A stretch of DNA of 64,000 nucleotides, taken from NCBI GenBank assembly GCA_964202905.1, contig CAXNJO010000003.1, positions 128,001 through 192,000 on the forward strand, in the 5' to 3' direction. Position numbers and translations under genes: made by a program. This document shows, one piece after another, positions 43,380 through 52,996 of this stretch. Source of the stretch: Polyangiales bacterium. Its GTDB lineage: Bacteria; Myxococcota_A; Polyangia; Polyangiales; JADJQN01. The notes beneath the pieces are model-generated. The model saw nothing but the letters and a program-made list of their open reading frames with translations. It searched no databases and had not been told where the DNA came from. The stretch's first letter is position 1; every line of letters begins with the position of its first letter.

Positions 43380-44741
43380 GTGGCGAGCCGCGCACGACGC
43401 CGCGTCACGCGTTCGCCGGTCCGCGGGGCGCCGCCGCGGCGGACGCTTGCGTGCGGGGCCGCGCGCCGCACACCCTGCGGCGTGCGCGCGCTCCGTACCC
43501 TCGCGCGTCGACCGGGCGCACTGCTCGGACTCGGCGCCGCCCTCACCGCTGCGGTGCCCGCCTGCGCGTGCGGGCTCGGCTTCGCGCTCGTGCCGCTGAT
43601 CGGCGCGGCGCTCCTGCGCACCGCCCTCGACGCCGCGACGCCGCCCGACGCACCGACGCTCGCCTCCCCGCGCGCGCCGCTCCGCGTCGGCCCGGTCGCG
43701 CTGTTCTTCGCGCTGCCCGCGCTCGCGAGCGCGACGGCGATCGGCCTCTGCGCCGCCCTCGAAGCCCACGCCGGCGTCCCGCCCGAGGTGCTCGCGGGGA
43801 GCCCGCTTCCCCTCGTCGCAGGGCTCGCCGCGATCGCCGTGACGGGCCTCTGTGCCGGGCCGCTTGCGCTCGCCGCCTGCGCGGCCCAGGTCGGCCCCCG
43901 CACGCCCGGCGCCGCTCGCGCGCGGGGTGACGCCGCCCTCGCGCGCCGCGTCGCGCCCGCCTGCGCCGCGATCCCCACGCTGCTCGCCGCCCCCCTCGCG
44001 ACCCTCGCCACGGGTGGGCTCGGCCCGTCGCGCGTCGGCGCCACGCTCGCCGTCGCCGCGCTCGCCGCGGTGGGCGTCCCCCTCGCCTTCTGCGAGCTCG
44101 CCGCGTCGTTCGAGCACGCCCGGCTCGCGGGCGCGCGCGACGCCGACGCCCCGCGCCCCGACCTCGTCGACGCACCCGAGCCCGCCGCGCGCGCGCTCGA
44201 CGCCGCGACCGCGCTCCTCGTCGTCGTCGCGGGCGCGCTCACGCTCGCGGCGCTGCTGAGTCCGTCGCACCTGACCCTGCGCGCGCATGACGCCACGACG
44301 CTGCCCGGGCCCCTCCTCGCGCTCGACGCCCACCCCACGGTCCGCGGCACCACGGTGCGCCTCACGCCCGCCGCAGAGGGCGTCGTCGTGTCCGTCGCGG
44401 ACGGCGGCGGCGCCGGCTGGATCGCCGGTCTCGCGGCGCCGCGCGCCTACCGCACCGCGCCGCGCCCCGCGCTGTGCCCCACCTGCTTCGAGCTCGAGCT
44501 GCACGGCCCCGCAGGGAGCGCACGGACGCTCCTCGACGCGGCCGGCGTGCGGCACGACGACGGCCCCGCGGCACGCCTCGCGCGCAACCCGGGTCCGTGG
44601 GGCGCTGCGGCCCTCGGCCTCGCGATCGGGGGGACGCTGCTCGGCGCACGACGCGCGCCCCGACGCCGGGCAACCCAGCGCGCGTCCGCGGCAGCATGGC
44701 TCGTCGCCGCGCTCACGCTCGCGCGCGGTCTAATCGACTGA
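43380..44741 (+). CDS. Hypothetical multi-pass membrane protein
   Basis: Long Ala/Leu-rich ORF with several hydrophobic segments; fills the gap between neighbours; start uncertain. Confidence 0.55.
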   Translation: MASRARRRVTRSPVRGAPPRRTLACGAARRTPCGVRALRTLARRPGALLGLGAALTAAVPACACGLGFALVPLIGAALLRTALDAATPPDAPTLASPRAPLRVGPVALFFALPALASATAIGLCAALEAHAGVPPEVLAGSPLPLVAGLAAIAVTGLCAGPLALAACAAQVGPRTPGAARARGDAALARRVAPACAAIPTLLAAPLATLATGGLGPSRVGATLAVAALAAVGVPLAFCELAASFEHARLAGARDADAPRPDLVDAPEPAARALDAATALLVVVAGALTLAALLSPSHLTLRAHDATTLPGPLLALDAHPTVRGTTVRLTPAAEGVVVSVADGGGAGWIAGLAAPRAYRTAPRPALCPTCFELELHGPAGSARTLLDAAGVRHDDGPAARLARNPGPWGAAALGLAIGGTLLGARRAPRRRATQRASAAAWLVAALTLARGLID

Positions 44742-44819
44742 ACCACCATTCAGCGCGTCGCGCTCGACGCCGCGCACCGCCGCGCTTCCGCGCCACGCGC
44801 AGCGGCGCCGCGACGTGCC

Positions 44820-45629
44820 TCAGCGCAGCGCCGCGCGCAGCCGATCCGTCCTGCCGTCGAGCACGCGCCGCACCGTGGTGACCTGCGCGCAGACCTGCCC
44901 GTCGACGCCGAGGACGCGGTGCGCGACGACGAGATCGCCCGCCGCCGTCGTCCCCGCGAGGCGCGACTCCACGCGCACCTCGACGTCGGCCACGACCCCG
45001 GCGCGGAAGGTCGCGCTCTCCGCGACGGGGACGATCGCCGCGGGCGAGAGCCCCGCGCCCGCGGCCACGCAGGCGAGCGCCTCGTCCGCGAAGTCGACGT
45101 ACATCGGGTGGTTCACGTGCGCGAGCGGGTCCATCCACAGATGCCAGCAGCGGAACTGCAGCGCGTGCGTGCGCGGGTCCGCCTCGGGCGCGGCGATCGC
45201 GGGCAGCGACACCGAGGGCTCCCCGCCCGCGTGCACGGGGAAGGCGTCGGAGAGCGTGCGCGGCGCCCGCGAGGGCGAGAGATCGGCGGCGACGTGCACC
45301 CACTCCTGCGTCGCCGAGCACACCGGCCCGTCCGCGGCCTCGAGGCGCACCTCGCGCGTCGAGAACATCTCGCGGCGCACCCGCCCGATCCAGGTGCGCG
45401 CGCGGAGCGGCTCGCCGTACGACGTCTCGCGGTGATGAAGCGCCGTCATGGTGCGGACGATGAACGACGTCCCCTCGTCGCGATAGCGCCCCGGCGGCCA
45501 ACCGACGCGCGTCGACTCCCACACCGCGACGTCCTGACACGCGCGCCAGAGATCGGCGGCGCGCGCGGCCTCGCGGGGCGAGAACGCGTTGCGCGGCAGC
45601 GTGAGCGTGAACTCCCCGAGCGACGACAT
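44820..45629 (-). CDS. Acyl-ACP/acyl-CoA thioesterase (double hotdog)
   Basis: LWRACQDVA, ATQEWVHV, MDPLAHVNHPMYVDFADEA. Confidence 0.85.
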   Translation of the reverse strand: MSSLGEFTLTLPRNAFSPREAARAADLWRACQDVAVWESTRVGWPPGRYRDEGTSFIVRTMTALHHRETSYGEPLRARTWIGRVRREMFSTREVRLEAADGPVCSATQEWVHVAADLSPSRAPRTLSDAFPVHAGGEPSVSLPAIAAPEADPRTHALQFRCWHLWMDPLAHVNHPMYVDFADEALACVAAGAGLSPAAIVPVAESATFRAGVVADVEVRVESRLAGTTAAGDLVVAHRVLGVDGQVCAQVTTVRRVLDGRTDRLRAALR

Positions 45630-45687
45630 GGCGCCGACTACAGCACCGATCGCGCGCGCACGCCGAGACTTCGTGCGCGCGGCGCGG

Positions 45688-45996
45688 TCAGACGCGCGCG
45701 AGCAGCGCCTCGAGCTCCGAGAGCGCGTGATCGTCGCCGGCTGCGCGGGCGCGGGCGACGCCCCGCTCGGCGTGCACGCGCGCGGCAGGCGCATCGCCGA
45801 CCTCGAGCGCGAGCTGCGCGGCCATCAGGTACGTCGGCACGTAGGCGGGGAAGTCGGCCGCGACGCCGTCGAAGGCCGAGCGCGCGTCGGCGACGCGCCC
45901 GAGCGAGCGCAACTCCATCGCGCGCGCGTAGTGGTGGAAGGGCTCGCGCGACCCGGACGCGATCACCTTCTCGATCATCTCGAGGCGCTTGCTCAT
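45688..45996 (-). CDS. Small TPR protein
   Basis: PFHHYARAMELRSLG...PAYVPTYLMAAQ...GDDHALSEL. Confidence 0.8.
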   Translation of the reverse strand: MSKRLEMIEKVIASGSREPFHHYARAMELRSLGRVADARSAFDGVAADFPAYVPTYLMAAQLALEVGDAPAARVHAERGVARARAAGDDHALSELEALLARV

Positions 45997-46066
45997 GGCG
46001 TGCGCGAATGCTGGTCGCGGACACCGTGGCGCGCAAGCGCGTGCGCGCGTCCGTGCGCCCTGGGGA

Positions 46067-46597
46067 TCACGCGCCCGGCTCGAGCACGCCGAGGTACGGG
46101 AGGTTCCGGTAGTGCTCGGCGTAGTCGAGGCCGTAACCGATCACGAAGACGTCGTCGATCGTGAAGCCGAGGTAGTCGATCTTCACCGGGACGCGCGTGC
46201 GCGCGGGCTTGTGGAGCAGCGACGCGAGCCGCACCGAGCGCGGCCTGCGCGTCTCGAGGTTCTCGAGGAGGTAGGTCATCGTCAGCCCGGTGTCGACGAT
46301 GTCCTCGACGACGATGACGTCCTTGCCCTCGATCGAGCGCGAGAGGTCGCTCGTGATCTGCACGACGCCCGACGTCTCCGTGCCGTCGCCGTAGCTGCGG
46401 AGCGCGAGGAAGTCGATCGAGAGGGGCAGGTCGATCGCGCGGACGAGGTCCGACGCGAACACGAAGCTGCCCTTGAGCACGCCGATGACGACGACGTCCC
46501 CGCCCTGCAGATCGGCGGTGATCTGCGCCCCGAGCTCGCGGGTTCGCCGCTGGATCGTCTCTGCGTCGATGAGTGTGCGGACCGTGGCGTTCTTCAT
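46067..46597 (-). CDS. hpt: Hypoxanthine phosphoribosyltransferase
   Basis: GVLKGSFVFASDL, VIVVEDIVDTGLT, FVIGYGLDYAEHYRNLPY. Confidence 0.97.
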   Translation of the reverse strand: MKNATVRTLIDAETIQRRTRELGAQITADLQGGDVVVIGVLKGSFVFASDLVRAIDLPLSIDFLALRSYGDGTETSGVVQITSDLSRSIEGKDVIVVEDIVDTGLTMTYLLENLETRRPRSVRLASLLHKPARTRVPVKIDYLGFTIDDVFVIGYGLDYAEHYRNLPYLGVLEPGA

Positions 46598-46626
46598 GCT
46601 GTTCCCCTCGGGCGACCCGCCCGCGC

Positions 46627-46659
46627 TGACTGCGAACTCCCTGCGAACCCACCGCGAAC
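46627..46659 (-). promoter_or_regulatory. Three 11-bp-phased GTTCGC direct repeats upstream of hpt
   Basis: GCGAAC at 46632, 46643 and 46654 (minus strand GTTCGCGGTGG GTTCGCAGGGA GTTCGCAGTCA). Confidence 0.45.
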
Positions 46660-47187
46660 TCATGGCTGCGCGGGCACCTCGCGGCCCCCGCAGCGCCCAC
46701 CCCCGGACGCGGTGAGCGCGACCGCCTGCTCGAACGCGAGCGACACCTCGACGCCGAGCGCCGCGAGCTGCTCGCGCAGGTCCACGAGCGCGAGCGCGAG
46801 GCACGGCACGAGCGCGTGCCACGCAGCGGCGCCGCCCTCGTCCTCCGCCCAGAGATCGAGCGCGCGCCCCGAGCCCTCGACGAGCCGATCGGCCTCGCCG
46901 AGCGTGCGGCGGAGCGCGGTGAGCCGCGCCGCGCCATCGGGCTGCGCGAGGCGAACGGTGGCCTCTCCGCCGAGGCCGTCCGGGCCCTCCGCGAGGCGCG
47001 CGTCGAGGTCGGTCACCGCGCGGGTCGCGCTCGCGAGCGTGGTGCGCGCCGCGCCGAGCGCCGGGTCGCTGCCGCAGCCGATCACCCCGCCGAGGAGCGC
47101 CGCGAGGAGCGCCGCGCGCGGGGCCATGCGGCGCGCAGTGCGCGCGAGCGAGGCGAGCATCCCTGCGAAGTTCACTGCATGCATCAT
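46660..47187 (-). CDS. Hypothetical helical lipoprotein
   Basis: RAALLAALLGGVIGC lipobox; ATGA overlap with the fliR stop. Confidence 0.55.
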   Translation of the reverse strand: MMHAVNFAGMLASLARTARRMAPRAALLAALLGGVIGCGSDPALGAARTTLASATRAVTDLDARLAEGPDGLGGEATVRLAQPDGAARLTALRRTLGEADRLVEGSGRALDLWAEDEGGAAAWHALVPCLALALVDLREQLAALGVEVSLAFEQAVALTASGGGRCGGREVPAQP

Positions 47188-47990
47188 GGGACGGCGAGCC
47201 TCCCGACGAGCGCGCCCGCCGCGCTCACCGCGGCGCGGAACGCGGCGGGGAGCCGCTCGACCGCGAGCGACAGCGACAAGAGCACCGCGCCGAGCCCGAC
47301 CGCGGCGCGCAGCGGCATCCCCGCGAAGAACATCGGGATCTGCGGCGCCGCGCGCGCGATCAGCCCGAGCGCGACCTCCACGAGCACGATCGCGAGCGCC
47401 GCGGGCGCGGCGAGCGCCGCCGCGAAGGCGAGCGCGTCCCCGACGAGCCGCGCTGCGCCGAGGGCCGCCGCGCGCAGTCCGTCGACGTCCATCGTGCCGC
47501 CGACGGGCGCGCGCACGAGCCCCTCGGCGAAGGACGCGAGCGCGAGTCGGTGCCCGCCGAGCGTCACGAAGAGCGCGACGCCGAGCAGCGACGCGAGCGC
47601 CCCGAGCGGGCTCGCCCGCTCGCCGTCCGGCAGTCCGACCTCGCCCTGCCCGGCCCCACGCCACGCGTCCACGAGCCCGCCGAACCACCCGAGCGCGTGC
47701 AGCGGCAGCGCGGCGACCACCGCGAACACCGCACCCACGAGCGCCTCACGCACGGCCAGCCCCGCGAGGCCGAGCGCGCCGGGCAACGGTGGCGCGACGG
47801 ACGCCGCGAGCGGCTCGAGCGCGACGACGAGCGCGAGCGCGACGGCCGTGCGCAGCAGCGACGGCGCCGCGCGCACGGCGAAGAACGGCGTGAGCAGCAC
47901 GAGCGGCAGCACGCGCGCCGCGAGCAGCGCGCCGACCGCGAGGTGGCGCTGCGCCTCCGCCTCGCCGAGCACCGCGAGCAGCGTGTCCAT
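47184..47990 (-). CDS. fliR: Type III export gate subunit FliR/SctT
   Basis: ARVLPLVLLTPFF, VREALVG, LFVTLGGHR, LGLIARAAPQIPMFFAGMPLR. Confidence 0.88.
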   Translation of the reverse strand: MDTLLAVLGEAEAQRHLAVGALLAARVLPLVLLTPFFAVRAAPSLLRTAVALALVVALEPLAASVAPPLPGALGLAGLAVREALVGAVFAVVAALPLHALGWFGGLVDAWRGAGQGEVGLPDGERASPLGALASLLGVALFVTLGGHRLALASFAEGLVRAPVGGTMDVDGLRAAALGAARLVGDALAFAAALAAPAALAIVLVEVALGLIARAAPQIPMFFAGMPLRAAVGLGAVLLSLSLAVERLPAAFRAAVSAAGALVGRLAVP

Positions 47991-48019
47991 CCGCTACGTC
48001 CGTCCCAGCGCGCGGCGCC

Positions 48020-48289
48020 TCATGGCACCCGGTGGGGGATCGCCCGCCAGAGCCTGTCCGTGAAGCGCACGATTTCGCCGCTCATCCATGTCCCGGTCGC
48101 CGAGAGCACGAGCGCGACGGCGACCAGCTTCGGCACGAAGGAGAGCGTCTGCTCCTGCACCTGCGTCACCGCCTGCAACAGCCCGAGCACGAGCCCGACG
48201 GCGAGCGCGACGACCAGCGCGGGCGCGGACACCAGCAGCACGAGATAGAGCGCCTCCGAAGCGAGGCGCGTGAGCTCCGCAGGCTCCAT
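48020..48289 (-). CDS. fliQ: Type III export gate subunit FliQ/SctS
   Basis: GLVLGLLQAVTQVQEQTLSFVPKL signature; 89 aa. Confidence 0.93.
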   Translation of the reverse strand: MEPAELTRLASEALYLVLLVSAPALVVALAVGLVLGLLQAVTQVQEQTLSFVPKLVAVALVLSATGTWMSGEIVRFTDRLWRAIPHRVP

Positions 48290-48353
48290 CAGCGCGCGAC
48301 GCTATCACGCACGTCTCTGGCCACAAAGCAGAGTCCGGCGATACTCGCTCGGC

Positions 48354-48938
48354 ATGCGCGTCCTCGTGACCGGCTTCGCGCCCTTCGGCGGACACACCGA
48401 GAACCCCTCGACGGCCATCGCGAAGGCGCTCGACGGCCTCACGCACGGCGCCGTGACCTTCGTCGCGCTCGCCCCCGTGCCCGTACGCTACGCGGAGGCC
48501 GCGCGCGCGGTGCTCGACGAGGCGCGCGCGACGGGCGCCGACGCGATCGTCGCCTTCGGCCTCGCCGCCAGCACGTCGCACGTCCGCGTCGAGCGGCGCG
48601 CGCACAACCACGCGCGCTCCGCCGAGCCCGACGCGGCGGGGCGCGTCTGCGCGGATCAGGAGGCCGAACCCGGCGGCATGCTCGCGCTCACGACGCCCTT
48701 CGACACGGAGGCCGTCGTCGCCGCGCTCCGCGACGCGGGGCTCGCCTGCGCGCCGTCGGACGACGCCGGCGGCTACGTCTGCAACGACCTCTACTACCGG
48801 CTGCTCGCCGCCGCACGGCGCGGCGAGGGCCCCGCGCACGTGCTCTTCGTGCACGTCCCCTCGGACGCCGACCGCCTCGCACCGCTGCCCGATGCGCTTG
48901 CCCGTGCGCTCGCGTCGGCCCTGCGGCGCGACCCGTGA
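48354..48938 (+). CDS. pcp: Pyroglutamyl peptidase I
   Basis: VLVTGFAPFGGHTENPS, VERRAHN, SDDAGGYVCN, FVHVP. Confidence 0.92.
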   Translation: MRVLVTGFAPFGGHTENPSTAIAKALDGLTHGAVTFVALAPVPVRYAEAARAVLDEARATGADAIVAFGLAASTSHVRVERRAHNHARSAEPDAAGRVCADQEAEPGGMLALTTPFDTEAVVAALRDAGLACAPSDDAGGYVCNDLYYRLLAAARRGEGPAHVLFVHVPSDADRLAPLPDALARALASALRRDP

Positions 48939-48987
48939 TCCGCATCCGAAACCGTTGGAGCTCCAACAATTCGCGCGGGGCCGCGGC

Positions 48988-50650
48988 TCACCCGCCGGGC
49001 GAGAACACGACGGGGAAGGTGGCCTCGCCGCCCGCGGGGAAGTGCCAGCGCCGGACCTGACCCTCGAGGCACGTCGTGAGTTGCGCCGGGGCGCTCGGGC
49101 CCGTGACGCTCACGCGCGTGACGACACCGGAGCCGCCCACCGCCACCTCGACGTTCGCCCGCATCGTGTCGCTCGAGCCCGTCTGCCGCGCGGCCATCTC
49201 GTAGCAGTGCTGGAGGCCCGGCCGGTTGCGCTGGACGACCGCGCGGAGCTGGTCGGCGCTCAGCTCGGCGCCCTGCGGCCCGCCGCCGCTACCGCCGCTA
49301 GGCCGCGTCGGCGCCGCGAGGTTCGGAGCGGCCGCGCCGCCCCCCGTCATGCGGTCGATCTCCGCCTGCTCGGCCGCGCTGAGCGCGTGGGTTCCCGACG
49401 CCGAGCCGCTGGCCGCGCGCTTGGTGCCGCCGCGCTGCGCAACGGGCGCCTCAGGGGTCGGGATCGGCGCCTCGGGGAGCGGCGCGACGAGCGCTGCCGG
49501 GGGAGGCGTCGCCTCGGGGATCGCGATGGCCTGCTCGGGCGCGACAGGCGCCGCAATGGGGGCCGGCGGCGCGACCGCGGCCACGGCGGGCGCCGGCGGC
49601 GGCTGCAGCATGTTCTTCGCGACGAGCACGGCGAGCATCACGCCGAAGGCCATCGCGCCCGCGGCCGCGACCCACACGAACGGCGAGATCGGCGCGCGGC
49701 GACGGGGCGCCTCTTCGCGCACCGGTGGGGCGAAGGAAGGCCCCACCGACGCCGCCGGCGCGAGCGACGGCGACTCGAAGACGGGGGACGCCGCTGCCGC
49801 AGCGGGCGGCTCCGCGGGTGCGGCAGGCGCCGCGACCAACGCCGCGAGCGCGGCCGACTCGGGCGCGGAGGAGCGCGCCGCTTCGAGCGGGCTGCGCGCG
49901 ACCATCGTGGCCTCGGTCTCGTCGAACTCCTCGGGCCGTTCGTCGAACGCGGGCGCGGCCGCCGCGCCGAGTCGCCCGCCGATCGGGACGACGTTGGAGC
50001 GGGCCGCCACGGCCGGCGCCGCACGGCCGACAGCGGCCGCGCCGCCGAGCGACCGCGGCCGGCGCCACCGAGCGCGCGGCGGCGCCCTGAGCACCCGCCT
50101 TCGCGGGGCCGGGCAGCGCACGCCCCGCGGACGGCGCGAGCGGCCGCGCACCCGCGGGCGGCGCCGCCGGACGGCGAAGCAGCGGGGCCAACTCCGCGAC
50201 GTCTCTCACGGGGCGCCAATCGTCGAAGCCCTCGCGCCAGCACAGCGACTCGCCGTCGATGGCGCCCGCGGCGATCTTCCGGGCGATCTCCTCGCGCCGC
50301 ATCGGACCGACCGGGACCTCGTTGATCGCGACGTGCCACGCATCGACCGGCGCCGGCGCCGCGGGCTTCGGGGCCTCGGCCGCACCCGCGCTCATCTGTC
50401 GACGGAAGTCCGCACCCAGCGCCGAGCCCGCCGCGCGGGGTCCCGCGGTACGGGCCGCCGGCGCCGCCGTCTCCGCCGTGCGAGCCCCGCCTGCGCGCGG
50501 CTCAGCGGCTTCTGCCCCCGCCGCATCGACGTCGCCCTTGACCACGATCTCGTGCTCGCAGCGCCGGCACTTCATCCGGAGCGTGCGCCCGTCGATCTTG
50601 TCGTCGGCGATCTGGTACTTCGCCTTGCACTGCGGGCAGAGGAACTTCAT
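48988..50650 (-). CDS. AgmX/GltJ-like protein: Zn-ribbon, GYF_2, TM, TonB-C-like domain; frameshifted near 50.1 kb
   Basis: MKFLCPQCKAKYQIADDKI...KCRRC; WHVAINEVPVGP...CWREGFDDWRP; TM; LQHCYE...CLEGQVRRWHFP...FPVVF. Confidence 0.8.
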
Positions 50651-50719
50651 TCGACCTCGGTCGGCGACTTGGGCTTCCGCACCAGCGCGCGCTGGCCCGG
50701 GGGGTGAAGCGTCCCCTCC

Positions 50720-52336
50720 TTAGAACAGGCTGAGGAGGTGGTCTTGGATTCCGCGTTTCGTCTCGTCGTCGGGCGAGGCACCGAGCGCCCTCTCCCACAC
50801 GTCCATGGCCTGATGTCTGAAACCGGCCCGCTGATAGAGCACCGCGAGGTTCTTCAGTGCGGGGAAGCTCCGGGGAGCGAGCCGCACGGCAGTCTCGAGC
50901 GCTTGGATCGCCTCGAACACCGATGCATCGGACTTACCGTAGAGCAGTCCGAGGTGATAGTGGAGACGAAAAGCGCGGGGGTCGATGGCGACGCCGCGCT
51001 CCAATTGCGCGATCGCCCGCGGCAGGTCGCCGGCCTTGAAGGCCTCCATGCCGGCGGCGAGCGCGGCGTGCGCCTCGTGCGAGATCGCGTCCGCGTCGGC
51101 GCCGTCCGCGCCCCGCCCGTCGAGGCAGCGCTCGATCGCGGCGAGCACCTCACCGACGGCGAACGGCTTCTCGAGGAAGGCCTGCACACCCCAGGATTCG
51201 CGGAGATCCTCGGCGAAGCGCCAGCCGCGATGGACCGCGCTCACCACGAGGATCGGCACCTGCCCGTAGCGCTGGCTGGCCTTGACGCGGCGGCACAGCT
51301 CGAGCGCGTGGACGTCGGGCAGCGTCGCGTCGATGATGAGCACGTCCGGCACCGCGGCGCGCAGGGCCGCGATCCCATCGGCGCCGCTCGCCGCTTCCGA
51401 CGCCGCATACCCGCGCTCGCCGAGCGCCCGCGCGACGACGCGCCGCACCCCCTCGTCCGCGTCGATCATCAGCACGCGCACGTCGGCGCGCACGGACGCG
51501 CTCGGGCGTGTCGGCAGCGGCGCGACGCGCGACTCGAAGACGGGATCGAGCGGCGGCGCCGGCTCCGCGTCGTCGTCCATCACGTCGGCGAACGAGAACT
51601 CCGCGAGGTCATCGGCCGCGGGCGCCAGGCCCCCCAACGACGGGCCACCCTTCGCCGAATCGCCCGTCGACGCGCCGCCCATCGAGGAACCGCCGGCCGA
51701 CGGCGCTCGGGGCGTCGGTGACACCCCCGAGACCTCCCCGCGGTCGGGGGCTTCGGTCCGCCCCGCCGTGGCGCCCTCCAGCGGACTCGGCGCGGGCTCG
51801 CGGTCCGCGAGGCCCACCTGCTCGAGGTAGTCCCGCGGCACGGCGGCCCCGATGTGGTGCGTCTCGCCGCGCTCGGCAGCGCGGTAGCAGACGTCGATGA
51901 GCTCCTGCAGCGCGTCGTGCAGCGCGACGTACGGGGAGATGCGGCGGCCGGTGACGAACTCGATCTCGTCGATCACGCGCCGATCGCTCGGGTCGGACAT
52001 CGCGAGGAAAATCTGCTCGTCGCGCGCGAGGAACGGCAGGATCCCATGCTGTTTCGCGATCTCGAGGGGGATCAGCGCGAGGTTCTCGAGCGGGACGACG
52101 ACCTGCGTGACGTCGATGCCGGGCACGCCGTGCTGCTCGGAGAGGGCGCGCAGGAGGTCGACCTCGGCCACGTGCCCCGAGGCCGCCGTGAGCGACGCGA
52201 GACGCGTGTCGGGCGACGCGCGCTGGGCCTCGAGCAAACCGTCGAGCATGGACGCGCTCACCAGCCGCTGCTGCAGCAGGATCCGGCCGAGCTGTTTCTT
52301 CTCACCCGCGCCGGTCACGTCCGCCTCGGCGCGCAT
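50720..52336 (-). CDS. Response regulator: MshEN/T2SSE_N-like N-terminus, receiver, TPR
   Basis: QLGRILLQQRLVS; IFLAMSDPSD..IDEIEFVTG; receiver VLMIDAD...IIDATLP...FLEKPF; C-terminal TPRs. Confidence 0.85.
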   Translation of the reverse strand: MRAEADVTGAGEKKQLGRILLQQRLVSASMLDGLLEAQRASPDTRLASLTAASGHVAEVDLLRALSEQHGVPGIDVTQVVVPLENLALIPLEIAKQHGILPFLARDEQIFLAMSDPSDRRVIDEIEFVTGRRISPYVALHDALQELIDVCYRAAERGETHHIGAAVPRDYLEQVGLADREPAPSPLEGATAGRTEAPDRGEVSGVSPTPRAPSAGGSSMGGASTGDSAKGGPSLGGLAPAADDLAEFSFADVMDDDAEPAPPLDPVFESRVAPLPTRPSASVRADVRVLMIDADEGVRRVVARALGERGYAASEAASGADGIAALRAAVPDVLIIDATLPDVHALELCRRVKASQRYGQVPILVVSAVHRGWRFAEDLRESWGVQAFLEKPFAVGEVLAAIERCLDGRGADGADADAISHEAHAALAAGMEAFKAGDLPRAIAQLERGVAIDPRAFRLHYHLGLLYGKSDASVFEAIQALETAVRLAPRSFPALKNLAVLYQRAGFRHQAMDVWERALGASPDDETKRGIQDHLLSLF

Positions 52337-52391
52337 GCTATCCCGAGCAGCTGCACCGGTTCAACGCGAGACGCGCGTTTTCCGCGCGCGG

Positions 52392-52880
52392 CTACATGCC
52401 CGAGAGGATCAGGAACGAGTCACCCACGCGCTCGAGCACGACCCGTTGGTCGGAGAGCCGCCGCGACCAGTGGTGCCCGCCGTCGGACTCGCCCACGCGA
52501 AAGTTCCCGGTGTAGGTGACGTCGACGAGCACGTGGTCGTCGTGGAACGTCACCCGGCGGTAGCGGATCTCCAAGCGGACGTCCTCGATCGCGCCTTGGA
52601 GCGCCGCGATCTTCGTGCGCAGCGTCGCGAGGTCGATGTCGTCGTCGCCGGTCGTCGTGCCGTTGTGGTCGAGGTAGCGGGGCGAGGCGAGCGCGAGCAG
52701 CTTGCGCACGTCGCGGGCCTCCAGCGCGTGGCGGTACGACTCGACGAAGGCGACGACGTCGCGGTTGCGCGCGGTGTCCTCGACGTCGGTGTTCGGGATG
52801 AGCATCGCGCCACAGCCCGTCGCGAGCAGGGCGGTCAGGGCGACGAGGGAAAGGCGCAGGCGCGAGGCGGTCTTCGGCAT
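52392..52880 (-). CDS. NTF2-like lipoprotein
   Basis: Lipobox LATGC; YRHALEARDVRKLLALASPRYLD; ends FLILSGM. Confidence 0.75.
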   Translation of the reverse strand: MPKTASRLRLSLVALTALLATGCGAMLIPNTDVEDTARNRDVVAFVESYRHALEARDVRKLLALASPRYLDHNGTTTGDDDIDLATLRTKIAALQGAIEDVRLEIRYRRVTFHDDHVLVDVTYTGNFRVGESDGGHHWSRRLSDQRVVLERVGDSFLILSGM

Positions 52881-52996
52881 CGGGGGTACTCGACGGTCGA
52901 CGCACCCGCGGTTATTCCCGCGGCGTCGCCGGGGCGTGATTGTCCACGCCGCCGCACGCTCGGCAACCCGCGACCGCACGCCGCGCGGCGTCGGGG

